A stretch of DNA of 64,000 nt, from contig JBJCIZ010000239.1 in the NCBI GenBank assembly GCA_051294375.1, positions 4,469,834-4,533,833 on the forward strand, given 5' to 3'. The translations under genes were made by a program, and so were the position numbers. Positions 27,854-40,900 of the stretch are shown in pieces (position 1 is the stretch's first letter; each line of letters begins with the position of its first letter). The notes under the pieces were generated by a model that saw only the letters and a list, made by a program, of their open reading frames with translations, had not been told where the DNA came from and did not search any database. Source of the DNA: Paraspadella gotoi. Its lineage: Eukaryota > Animalia > Chaetognatha.

Positions 27854-29694
27854 TCCACTTTCGCGCGCCATTTCGCCAAATTCACTTATCAATTCAATAC
27901 CATTCACATTTTGCTCCTTTGTCCCCCCCCCCACAACCCCGGACTCCTCTAAAACGAATCGCTTCGATTCCACTTCACTTATAATTTTACTTTTCTATTT
28001 TTTATTCGGATTCTCAAATCACTTTAAAATTATCCATTCCCTATTAACCATTCCTTTACGTGCCAATTCTCATCAACCATGCCCCCATAACTTGCCCAAT
28101 TCTTTAACCATTCGCTTTTAACATGCCAATCTCAATCAACCATGCCCATTAAACTTATGCCAATTACCTTTAACCATTTCCTTTAACTTGCAATTCTCAT
28201 CAACCATGCCCCATTAACTTTGCCAATTCCTTTAACCATTCCTTTTTAACTTGCCCAATTCTCATCAACCACTGCCCATTAACTTGCCAATTCCCTTAAA
28301 CCATTCCCTATTAACTTGCCAATTCTCAATCAACCATTGCCCATTAACTTGCCAATTCCCCTTTAACCATTCCTATTAACTTACCAATTCTCATTTAACC
28401 ATGCCTATTAACTGCCAATTCCCTATTTACCACACCCATTAACCCGACCAATTCCAGATTAACCATGCCTAATTACTTCGCATTTCCCATTAACCTCGCG
28501 CATTAACTTACCCATTCTTCTTCGACCTTGCCCATTTCCCATTTTAACTTACCCCAATATCCCCGCTTCTCCCCAATGCCAAACTCACCTTCGTTAAAAT
28601 CGTCCAACCTGACCCTACCTCAATCCCCAAATGGACCCCATAAGCCTCCTGACCACCGGCCACCATCCTCCTCTGTCTTACTACATCAAAAAAAGTGACT
28701 GACAAACCATCAAATCCCGAACGAAACGGTCATTTGGGATTCCCTACCTTTTCTGGGGTTGGGCATCACAACTCTTCACCATCATCATCATCACAGATCA
28801 CACAGCCACTCATCATTCATATCATCACCATCACAGCCACGACAGTTATCATCATCATCATCATCATCATCACGGACACCATCACTGATGGAAACGAATT
28901 GTAAAAAAAACAAAGATTAGAAAAAATGAAAAAGTGTTACGAAGAAAGGTTTTCGTCTTGCAAATCGAATTATTTTCGGGATTTCATCGGAATATTCACG
29001 GGAAAACAAAATTTATTCCGGCGAAAACACAACATTTGAATTTCCGTTCTTGTTTCTGTTGTCCCTGGCACCGTATTTTGATTTAGTTTTGTTATGTTTT
29101 TTGCTTTCATTTACTTTTCCTCTATTGTTTCACTATTTATGATCGAGATTGTTTTACTAGCAATTCGTTATTTTTTTAAATTATTTTATAGTCTGTCTTT
29201 GTAATAAATTTAAAAAACAAAATTCAATAGATATAGTAGTATTTAATATAATAAATATAAATCATAAATATACATAACGACTTTCTGTCCGTAATTTTTT
29301 AAAGGATATTTTTAAAGAAACCCCAGCAAATTTCACATACATAGATACTTAGCCTTCTTCCTTAGTTTTTAATTTCTGTCAGAAATCGGCAACACGTTGC
29401 TCGCTTCATACTTAACCCAAATCAAAACCGCATACGTAAACTTCCCACACTGACGCACAGCAAATCTGCAATCCGGCTTGTCAATTTCATCTCTTGTCAA
29501 CTTTGCACGCCACTTACCCGTTCCATCTCGATCTCCAAATATTAAATTATTCTCTTTTCTGGAATTAAATTTTGATTACAGTGATTCGCTCAACACGGAA
29601 CAGCATTCGACGGTATCAGAACAGCATTCAACTGCATGGAACGGCATTGACCAGACTTTGAACCAGCCTCAGCCCGGCCGCCACCGCCAAAGCG

Positions 29695-29725
<31 letters not shown>

Positions 29726-32496
29726 CTTCTCTCTCTCTCTCTTCTCTCTCGAGGTCGGGGGGATTGAATCGTGATTTTAAGGTCAGGGATCGAACGTGAA
29801 ATTCCACGAGGCGATATTCGCGTGAGAGGGCGGTGGAGGAAAAAAAAAAACAAATCGATATTTAAAAAAAAACAAATGGACACCTTTCGTAGTACTAAGA
29901 TTAGTGCGCGTGTACGAAACTAAAAAGAAATAACGAGTGTGTTACGAAACGACGAAAGTTTGGACTCTATGACGTAAACGCGATTTTGCTAAACGCGACG
30001 CCTAATTCACAATGAGATAAGTTAGTTAACATAAGTTTGGCTAAAGTTGGTAATAATTGTATTCCCTTACCCATTAACCAGGGGGGATAAGTTCAAGCGA
30101 CCNNNNNNNNNNNNNNNNNNNNNNNNNCCGCGCAGCGAGAGACGCTGGCCGGTGCCGCCGGAGATTATGTCGACTACGTTCGATAGAGAGAGATTGAGAG
30201 AGAGAGAGAGAGTAAGAGAGAGAGAGAGAAGAGAGAGAAGAGAGGAGAGAGAGAGAGAGAGAGTCATCGGCGCGTAATCCTTTCCCCCCCTACGGCGGTC
30301 GCTGAACCTTATCCCCCTGGTTACATTGGGTAAGGCGATACAATTATTACCAACTTTAGCCTAAACTTATGTTAACTAGACTTTATCTCATTGTGAATTA
30401 GGCGTCGCGTTTAGCAAAAATCGCGTTTACGCCCATAGAGTCCAAACTTCGTCGTTCGCTAACACACTCGTTATTTCTCTCTTAGTTTCGTAAGACCGCC
30501 GCAACTAATCTTAGTACTAACGAAAGGCTGCATTTGTTTTTTTTTAAATATCGATTTGTTTTTTTTTCCTCCACCGCCCTCTCACGCGAATATCGCCTCG
30601 TGGAATTTCACGTTCGATTCCCTGACCTTAAAATTCACGATTCATCCCCCGACCTTCCACTTTCGCGCGCCATTTCGCCAAATTCACTTATCAATTCAAT
30701 ACCATTCACATTTTGCTCCTTTGTCCCCCCCCCCACAACCCCGGACTCCTCTAAAACGAATCGCTTCGATTCCACTTCACTTATAATTTTACTTTTCTAT
30801 TTTTTATTCGGATTCTCAAATCACTTTAAAATTATCCATTCCCTATTAACCATTCCTTTACGTGCCAATTCTCATCAACCATGCCCCCATAACTTGCCCA
30901 ATTCTTTAACCATTCGCTTTTAACATGCCAATCTCAATCAACCATGCCCATTAAACTTATGCCAATTACCTTTAACCATTTCCTTTAACTTGCAATTCTC
31001 ATCAACCATGCCCCATTAACTTTGCCAATTCCTTTAACCATTCCTTTTTAACTTGCCCAATTCTCATCAACCACTGCCCATTAACTTGCCAATTCCCTTA
31101 AACCATTCCCTATTAACTTGCCAATTCTCAATCAACCATTGCCCATTAACTTGCCAATTCCCCTTTAACCATTCCTATTAACTTACCAATTCTCATTTAA
31201 CCATGCCTATTAACTGCCAATTCCCTATTTACCACACCCATTAACCCGACCAATTCCAGATTAACCATGCCTAATTACTTCGCATTTCCCATTAACCTCG
31301 CGCATTAACTTACCCATTCTTCTTCGACCTTGCCCATTTCCCATTTTAACTTACCCCAATATCCCCGCTTCTCCCCAATGCCAAACTCACCTTCGTTAAA
31401 ATCGTCCAACCTGACCCTACCTCAATCCCCAAATGGACCCCATAAGCCTCCTGACCACCGGCCACCATCCTCCTCTGTCTTACTACATCAAAAAAAGTGA
31501 CTGACAAACCATCAAATCCCGAACGAAACGGTCATTTGGGATTCCCTACCTTTTCTGGGGTTGGGCATCACAACTCTTCACCATCATCATCATCACAGAT
31601 CACACAGCCACTCATCATTCATATCATCACCATCACAGCCACGACAGTTATCATCATCATCATCATCATCATCACGGACACCATCACTGATGGAAACGAA
31701 TTGTAAAAAAAACAAAGATTAGAAAAAATGAAAAAGTGTTACGAAGAAAGGTTTTCGTCTTGCAAATCGAATTATTTTCGGGATTTCATCGGAATATTCA
31801 CGGGAAAACAAAATTTATTCCGGCGAAAACACAACATTTGAATTTCCGTTCTTGTTTCTGTTGTCCCTGGCACCGTATTTTGATTTAGTTTTGTTATGTT
31901 TTTTGCTTTCATTTACTTTTCCTCTATTGTTTCACTATTTATGATCGAGATTGTTTTACTAGCAATTCGTTATTTTTTTAAATTATTTTATAGTCTGTCT
32001 TTGTAATAAATTTAAAAAACAAAATTCAATAGATATAGTAGTATTTAATATAATAAATATAAATCATAAATATACATAACGACTTTCTGTCCGTAATTTT
32101 TTAAAGGATATTTTTAAAGAAACCCCAGCAAATTTCACATACATAGATACTTAGCCTTCTTCCTTAGTTTTTAATTTCTGTCAGAAATCGGCAACACGTT
32201 GCTCGCTTCATACTTAACCCAAATCAAAACCGCATACGTAAACTTCCCACACTGACGCACAGCAAATCTGCAATCCGGCTTGTCAATTTCATCTCTTGTC
32301 AACTTTGCACGCCACTTACCCGTTCCATCTCGATCTCCAAATATTAAATTATTCTCTTTTCTGGAATTAAATTTTGATTACAGTGATTCGCTCAACACGG
32401 AACAGCATTCGACGGTATCAGAACAGCATTCAACTGCATGGAACGGCATTGACCAGACTTTGAACCAGCCTCAGCCCGGCCGCCACCGCCAAAGCG

Positions 32497-32527
<31 letters not shown>

Positions 32528-32547
32528 CTTCTCTCTCTCTCTCTTCT
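27854..32547. repeat. Exact direct duplication (27854-~29745 = 30656-~32547, offset 2802); both are inverted copies of 26370-27828, with a second fold-back 29750-30102 / ~30295-30652
   Basis: Identical ORFs at 28695/31497 and 29478/32280, including identical indel errors. Confidence 0.9.
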
Positions 32548-32550
32548 CTC

Positions 32551-32709
32551 TCCAGCTCCGAGCCCGAAGAAGTTGGATTGTAAGAAGGTGAGGTAGGGAA
32601 AGGAGAAAGGGAAGGGAGGCATTCCGGGGAAGAGGGGTACTTGTCTCTTGTAGCGGGAGGAGGAGGAGGAGGAGGAAGAGGAGGAGGAGAGGAAACGAGG
32701 GAATCCCAT
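32551..32709 (-). CDS. Propeptide unit G: poly-Ser, RYKR site, then QVPLFPGMPPFPFSFPYLTFLQSNFFGLGAG (3' end lost at a microsatellite join)
   Basis: N-terminal part of ORF 32392-32709; aligns by eye with unit H. Confidence 0.65.
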
Positions 32710-33210
32710 CTTTTGTTCTTTTGATGTTTTTTTTTTGATTGGATAGAGAGAAAGAGAAAAGAGAATTATTCAAAAAGAAAAATAAACATACTAATATAAA
32801 TTGTAAAAATTAATAATGATTACAGCTATTTGCCGTTTAAAAAAAATGTTTTGAATTATTTCAAAATTTGAAAAAAAAATTTTATACGTATAGTATAAAA
32901 ATTGTATATTACGCGTATACAATGTTGTTTTTAACATTGGGTTTGATTCTTGCTTTTTTACCCCGTAATTTAGCCCCTTTCATTAAAGTTATACAAATTA
33001 TAAAAAATTATCCATTCATTAAATAAATAAACTTGTCTCCTGATTTCCTTATCAATGAAGTAGTATAATTTTGTTATCAACTGTTTCAATTGTATAAAAG
33101 TACAATTCCCTTAAGCATCAGAAGTAAGATTTAAAAAAAAAAATTTAAACAATACCCCATATCTCCCCTTAAAAAATAATAGATTCCCTCGTTTTTTGTT
33201 GTTGTTATTT

Positions 33211-33570
33211 TCAAGCGATGCCAAAATATTCGGCTTGAAGGAAAGAGAGGAACGGATAAGGAATTGGCATGGCTGGCATTCCTAGGAAAGGGATGGGTAG
33301 CTGGCGGCGGAAGCGGCGGCCAGCGGCGAACGGGGGCGGAATGGGACGGCGGACTGTGAGAGAGGCTGGGCGGGTTGAGAGGCGGACCGAGGCGTAGTCT
33401 GGGCTCGAGGCGGGAAGGAGGGTTCGAGAGGGTGAGAGGAAAGGTAAGTTTACAGGTTTGTTTTTTTTAAATGGAAGAGAAGAGATGGGGAAAAACTTGT
33501 TCTGGGAGTTTTTTTTCCTTTTTTTGGAAATGACTTTTTGAAAGTTTGCAGAAAAATTCTTTAATTTACG
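33211..33570 (-). CDS. Propeptide unit H: basic/Pro-Ser-rich spacer, RRFRR site, then QLPIPFLGMPAMPIPYPFLSFLQAEYFGIA*
   Basis: Translated by hand: 120 codons (including the stop) from a TTTCGTAG acceptor to TGA at 33213-33211. It is absent from the ORF track because there is no early start codon. Confidence 0.68.
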   Translation of the reverse strand, partial: RKLKNFSANFQKVISKKRKKNSQNKFFPISSLPFKKNKPVNLPFLSPSRTLLPASSPDYASVRLSTRPASLTVRRPIPPPFAAGRRFRRQLPIPFLGMPAMPIPYPFLSFLQAEYFGIA

Positions 33571-34258
33571 CTACGAAATTTATTATGTGCAAATCAAAAA
33601 AATTTTCTGCTAATAAAAACCGCCAACGAAAAGAAAAAAAAAACAACAATTAAGTGATTTTAATTATAGAGTTTCTCGTGAATATTTATAGATAATAACG
33701 GAAAGTGTGAAGGGGTAAAGAAAATAGTAACGAATAAAGTATTGATTGGATTATTCCAACCGAATTTTTCTCAAAATGAACGGACGAAAAAAATATTAAA
33801 ATTATCTTTCAACAAAATCGAAAAAAAAGAAGAGTTTCTTAAACTCAAATTGAAACGATATTAAATGAATGGATAATTTTTATATCGGATGCCCCAAGAG
33901 ACGGGGAAAAAAAGGCCATATTTTCCAAAAAGCGCCCAATTTCAATAAATTATTTCGTTCTGAATTTAGTTTTAATGATTATAGGTTATGGATTAGGAAT
34001 TGGCATACTGGTAAACGATTAGGGTTAATCATTTAAGTTAAAATTATGTTGAGGAATTAAGAAGAGGAACGGGGCGCTTCCGGAAAATGGTATCCCAATG
34101 TTATATGAAAAATAAAATTCGGGTAGAGAAATTTTCCGGACGTCTTTTGTTTTTTTTTCTCAAAATTCTTTGGCTCGACGCCAGCGACGTCGGCGGAAAA
34201 GGGGAGAAACTTGGAAGGGAGGGGACAGAAGACGTCGGCGGAGAGAGAGAGAGAGGAG

Positions 34259-34305
<47 letters not shown>

Positions 34306-35149
34306 GATGGGTGATATTAACGGAAATACAATGGATACAAACTTGGGCGAGCCAAAGAAAAAAAAGGAGAGAAGAAAAAAAGAGCGGAAGCATATTTTCC
34401 AGAGAAAGAAGTGAGAAAATGAATTAAATGAAATGAGAAAATGAATTAAAATGATGTGAAAACGTGAATTAAAATGATGTGAGAAAGAGAATTAAAATGA
34501 TGTTAAAAAGTAAATTAAAATGACGTAAATGAATTAGGAAAATATAGAAATGAGGAAGAACGTCTTCCAAGAATAATGATGAAGTAGATATATTTCAATT
34601 TTTATTATTATGATTAAATGTTCGAATATAGTCGTATTTTCAAAAAATGATTGATAACCATCTTAAAAAGGTAAAAATAAGCAAAAAATATAAAATACCA
34701 AACTATTTTAAAATTTATTTCTGTACGCTTTATTCTTTTTTCGTGAATTAATTTTAAAAAGTTTTAACTACACTCATTCAACTTATTAAACATTTGTAAT
34801 TATTACGTTAATAAATAAAATAAAATTAATATCTCAATTTATTAAATCCAAATATTTAATTTAATATTTTCGGAGAAAATCGTTCTTTATCTCCCATCTG
34901 GCAAAAATAACACTTTTCATTTCTCAATTACCTAAAATATAACTTCTCTTTTCCCCCAGAGAAAAAAATATCACTTCTCCGAGTTCACCTTACTTCAACC
35001 TCACCGCTCGAACAAAACCGCAAAGACCAGAGGAAGAATAAAAATTTTGTCGCTCAAATTATTTCTTACAAGTTTCACACCTTCTCACTGGATTCTTCGT
35101 TCCTGACTCTCTCTCTCTCTCTCTTTTCCTCTCTCCTCTCTCTCTCTCT

Positions 35150-35208
<59 letters not shown>

Positions 35209-35328
35209 GTCTCTCACTCTCTCTCACTCAGTGATTCCTAATCACAACCGATCACAACCGCGAGTTACAAGACCGACGATGACCCAGTTTCAACGATGAT
35301 AACCCCTACCCAAGAAATGGAGACTTAC

Positions 35329-36318
35329 CCTTTTCGACGGCTTTGTATAGATCGGCCATGAGCATCATAGAGGCTTCCGCGTGAGCCGAAACTTTGGTGA
35401 TCACGTCCTTGGTGACTGAAGGGGTGATCGAAGGGGGGGGGATGGGATTATATATAGTTCGTCCCCTTTGTTTCTACTTTGCATTAGAATAATTAATTTC
35501 ATGTTTTCTTCGATATTCTTTTAAAAAAACTCTTTTAAAAAATTAGTTTTAATGTTCATTTGTTTACTTGACCAAATTTTAATAATAGTTGATAGCTTCA
35601 TCGATTCATTCTTTTATTATTTTTGAGAAAAAACTATTTATTATTTACTTATTCTATATAGTCATCGCACTTTTATTTTGTCCAGACTCATTAGACAAAT
35701 TATTATGGTATATCAAAGCAATTACCTTAAGGTTTAATTTAATCTCATCTAATGTAATTTATTTTAATTAAATTTAATTTAATTAATTATAATATTCTTT
35801 TAATATTTTAATTTTTTATTTATTAATACCTCGATCGTCGGAAACTCCTGTTGTCAATTTTCGAAGTTTGTTCACGATTTTCTCAACGGCTAAAGAGTTA
35901 AGGGGAGGGTGGAGATAAAAAGATAAAAACGCGTCAGAATATGTTAATAGAAAAAATACTACCATAAGAAAGTTTTATATACTTTTAGTTTTTGGCCTTT
36001 TTCATTTTTAAAATTGTCATTCACTTTCTCAGCCAATCAATCAAGCTATCAATTCATCAATCAATCGTTCGAGACATCACTCAGTCACTTATCATATCTG
36101 TCATTCACCAATATCAAAAAGAATATATAGTTTTTCTTTATTCCTCTATGAGACAAGGCTTCAAATTCCCCCCCTCATTTTTTTCTTCCCCTTCCTATTC
36201 CTCCTTTCCCTGAACCACTTTCAAACTTACCCATAATGAGTTCCTCCTTCTTGACCGTCCCGTCAGCTTTGGCCGCCACGTCGACGGCCGAGTGACGGAT
36301 GGCGTCCACGAGTTGATA
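35329..36318 (-). CDS. Two spliced internal exons (36318-36231 and 35415-35329): YQLVDAIRHSAVDVAAKADGTVKKEELIM/VTKDVITKVSAHAEASMMLMADLYKAVEK; product unknown
   Basis: G|GTAAGT donors at 36230 and 35328, TTCAG acceptor at 35416. The 87-nt exon is phase 1-1 and the join is in frame. Confidence 0.72.
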
Positions 36319-37929
36319 NNNNNNNNNNNNNNNNNNNNNNNNNNNNNNNNNNNNNNNNNNNNNNNNNNNNNNNNNNNNNNNNNNNNNNNNNNNNNNNNNN
36401 NNNNNNNNNNNNNNNNNNNNNNNNNNNNNNNNNNNNNNNNNAAATTGGAAGTTTATTGATTGTTTTGATTTGATTTGATTGAGTGGTTTATTTATTTGAT
36501 TTGTTTATTATTTTTATGGACGGATCGCTGAATTCATGGCTTGATTGTTTGTTGAAATGATTAGAAAATCAGTTGTATGATTAGATGATGAATAAATAAT
36601 TCATTGATTGATAAGAAGACCATTGTACCTTTAGCCAAAAAAAAAAAAAAATTGACAAATAATGGATTGAACGATTGATTATTTGATTGAATGATTAATT
36701 AATTAGTTATTTGAATTATGAAGTAATTTACTTATCGCTTTTTCTAATAATTTATTAAATGAAAAGAAATATTTAGAAAAGACTAATTGACTAGTTATTT
36801 GCTTATCAATCGATTTATTAATACANNNNNNNNNNNNNNNNNNNNNNNNNNNNNNNNNNNNNNNNNNNNNNNNNNNNNNNNNNNNNNNNNNNNNNNNNNN
36901 NNNNNNNNNNNNNNNNNNNNNNNNNNNNNNNNNNNNNNNNNNNNNNNNNNNNNNNNNNNNNNNNNNNNNNNNNNNNNNNNNNNNNNNNNNNNNNNNNNNN
37001 NNNNNNNNNNNNNNNNNNNNNNNNNNNNNNNNNNNNNNNNNNNNNNNNNNNNNNNNNNNNNNNNNNNNNNNNNNNNNNNNNNNNNNNNNNNNNNNNNNNN
37101 NNNNNNNNNNNNNNNNNNNNNNNNNNNNNNNNNNNNNNNNNNNNNNNNNNNNNNNNNNNNNNNNNNNNNNNNNNNNNNNNNNNNNNNNNNNNNNNNNNNN
37201 NNNNNNNNNNNNNNNNNNNNNNNNNNNNNNNNNNNNNNNNNNNNNNNNNNNNNNNNNNNNNNNNNNNNNNNNNNNNNNNNNNNNNNNNNNNNNNNNNNNN
37301 NNNNNNNNNNNNNNNNNNNTATAAGGCGCTGATTGAGCCAGAAATGAAATGCTGCTCTGAGCTTAAAAGGGTTTTTCAGGTCCCGCAAGACGCCTTATCA
37401 TATGGTAACCCTATGGACATGAGCTGAGGGCTTCGTTTGACAAGCCACCGGGTCACAACTGAAAGCATCATGCTTTCAGGCGGGATGAACTGACCCTAAC
37501 TTATTTTAACTCGCTCCAAAAGCCGTGGAACGGGTCCTGGTCATGGAACCCCTTTGTTTCCTTTATACCCTTTTCTCCCTATTCTCTTTTTTCCTCTCTT
37601 TATTCTTCTTTCTTCCCTCTCCTCCCCAGTTCCTCCTTTTCTCCCTCTTCTCTTTCTTCCTCCCTTTATTCTTCTTTCCTCCCGCTCCTCCCCAGTTCCT
37701 CCTTTTCTCCCTTTATCTTCCTCCCTTTATTCTTCTTTCCTCCCTCTCCTCCCNNNNNNNNNNNNNNNNNNNNNNNNNNNNNNNNNNNNNNNNNNNNNNN
37801 NNNNNNNNNNNNNNNNNNNNNNNNNNNNNNNNNNNNNNNNNNNNNNNNNNNNNNNNNNNNNNNNNNNNNNNTCCATGTTGATTCTGAAAAGAGAAAAAGG
37901 GTTTAGTATTGTATATATAGATTACTAAA

Positions 37930-40900
37930 ATACGTATATATAGTGTCATATATTTTATTCATTGTAATTTTTCAAGGTACAACTACTGTTAAACTGTTGG
38001 ACTGGTCTTTTTTTTTTTAAAAAAGCAATTTTTCGTTTAATGATAAAAAGTATGTAGAAAAAAATATTAATATAAATAATTATTTTCGTTGATTAAAACG
38101 ATTAAATGAACGATTGATTTTATGAAATTGGTACAACCAATACATATATTATATAATATAGTATACAACAACTTAATCAATATTTGTAAAACGTTCTAGA
38201 AATCCATGAGTTTTTCCACAATTTCGGATTTTCTTTCCCTTATCCTTCAAAAGATATTAACGGGACCTATTTAGGTTCTCAGCACTTTGCCTCACGCGAT
38301 TTGATTTACAAAAATGCGAACTTTCGAGAGAATTAATCTTAAGCAAAAGTCAAAAAGGGATTTGTTCGTAAAAACGAAGAAAATGTTCGCCGTAGATTTT
38401 CGTTTCCATCCGTTATTCCCGAATAAGCTCATGTGTTGGAAAACGTGAGAGAGCGCACTAATTATTCTGATAGAATCTATGTGATTTGATAGACGTCGAG
38501 AGCTTCGGATCAGGCTTCCGTATCGAGCGTTGGCAATGTCAATATGTCGAAGCGACCCAAGAGCTCGAGCTCGTGATTCATAAGAGTCGCAGTGTTCGAA
38601 GGAGTTAAGGGGAGGTCTGCAACTTAACCCATATTATTTTAATTAAAGCCTGTCTCGTTCAAGCCAGAAATTATTAAATTCTTAATTCAGTAGGAACCGC
38701 ACATATTAATTTTTTGATGGTTACAAACAGTATTTATTAGCTAATTCATTTGGCGATACTGGGGCGATAAATAGGGCGTAATGGGGCTTAATAAATTTTT
38801 TTTTTTTAAATTTTAAAATTTTCTAAATTGTAAGTAATCTAAAAAAGTATATGAAATTTTTTGTCAACTTTTAATCCTTTGCAATAGCCTAGTAGGTTGC
38901 ATGAGACTTCGCAATAAATAAGAGGCTAATGGGTAAGCATTATCAATCTATACGATTTTTTTTGCCGTCAGAGTCATATATTAAATTTTTTTTATTTAGA
39001 ATTTTGAATCTCTTAATCCGTGAACGCGACATTCTTATAGACCTGAGAAACATTTTCCGACAAAGTAAGTCGTCGCACCCGTAAACCGCGAACGGNNNNN
39101 NNNNNNNNNNNNNNNNNNNNNNNNNNNNNNNNNNNNNNNNNNNNNNNNNNNNNNNNNNNNNNNNNNNNNNNNNNNNNNNNNNNNNNNNNNNNNNNNNNNN
39201 NNNNNNNNNNNNNNNNNNNNNNNNNNNNNNNNNNNNNNNNNNNNNNNNNNNNNNNNNNNNNNNNNNNNNNNNNNNNNNNNNNNNNNNNNNNNNNNNNNNN
39301 NNNNNNNNNNNNNNNNNNNNNNNNNNNNNNNNNNNNNNNNNNNNNNNNNNNNNNNNNNNNNNNNNNNNNNNNNNNNNNNNNNNNNNNNNNNNNNNNNNNN
39401 NNNNNNNNNNNNNNNNNNNNNNNNNNNNNNNNNNNNNNNNNNNNNNNNNNNNNNNNNNNNNNNNNNNNNNNNNNNNNNNNNNNNNNNNNNNNNNNNNNNN
39501 NNNNNNNNNNNNNNNNNNNNNNNNNNNNNNNNNNNNNNNNNNNNNNNNNNNNNNNNNNNNNNNNNNNNNNNNNNNNNNNNNNNNNNNNNNNNNNNNNNNN
39601 NNNNNNNNNNNNNNNNNNNNNNNNNNNNNNNNNNNNNNNNNNNNNNNNNNNNNNNNNNNNNNNNNNNNNNNNNNNNNNNNNNNNNNNNNNNNNNNNNNNN
39701 NNNNNNNNNNNNNNNNNNNNNNNNNNNNNNNNNNNNNNNNNNNNNNNNNNNNNNNNNNNNNNNNNNNNNNNNNNNNNNNNNNNNNNNNNNNNNNNNNNNN
39801 NNNNNNNNNNNNNNNNNNNNNNNNNNNNNNNNNNNNNNNNNNNNNNNNNNNNNNNNNNNNNNNNNNNNNNNNNNNNNNNNNNNNNNNNNNNNNNNNNNNN
39901 NNNNNNNNNNNNNNNNNNNNNNNNNNNNNNNNNNNNNNNNNNNNNNNNNNNNNNNNNNNNNNNNNNNNNNNNNNNNNNNNNNNNNNNNNNNNNNNNNNNN
40001 NNNNNNNNNNNNNNNNNNNNNNNNNNNNNNNNNNNNNNNNAACCCACCGACATTTAAAGGTTTTTATTTGACTGGATGTGTTGACGAGATACTTGGGAAT
40101 GCCTCTTTTAAACAGCGATTACGCAAGTAAACTGACTACTGCAATATGCAAATGAGATTAAAAATTAAAAATCCAGTGATTAGGAAGTCTGTCCCACCCC
40201 TAACTTTAACTTTAAAAAACAATTTTGAAATAATAATTTAAGGTTAATAAAGATAAAAACAATTTTACTACTGTGGTCACTCTTATTATACAGACGACTG
40301 AATCAACATGAAACAAATTTACTAAGTATAGCTTACGGTTAATACGTTTGTACGATTTATATGTTTTATTACAGTTAAAACCGGAAACGGANNNNNNNNN
40401 NCGTCGTCGCCAAGACGGTTCCATTGTCGCCCGTCGTCGTTTTCGTCGTCGTCGTCGTCGTCGTCCTATGTTCCGGGTCTCGCCGATGACCTTATCTTCC
40501 CGCTTTGAACTTACCTTCTCTCGTTCTTCAGAGAGAAGATGATTATCCTAAATATAACGTATGATATCACGTGTCATTATATTTTTATTCATTGTAATTT
40601 TTCAAGGTATATACCTACTGTTGACGAATTCCTGTTGGAGATGGTCTTTTTTTTTTTAAAAAACGCAATTTTTTTCGTTTAACGATAATTAAAGTAATGT
40701 AGAAAAATAAAATAATTAGATAATAAATAATTACTCTTTCGGTTGATTGAAACGGATTAAATTGGAACCTGTTGATTTTATGAAATTGGTACAACCAATT
40801 ACATATTATCATATAATATAGTATAAACAACAACTTAATCAATTATTTGTAAAATCGTTCTAGGAAAATGCCATGAGTTTTTCCACAAAATGGCTATTGT

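Noticed and set aside
27545-28510. 31-bp array as a CRISPR or telomeric repeat
   Set aside because: The units are contiguous with no unique spacers, the context is eukaryotic and there are no cas genes.
37340-37398. SECIS-like ATGA...AA...GA
   Set aside because: The ATGA-to-AA spacing is too long, and no selenoprotein ORF is evident.
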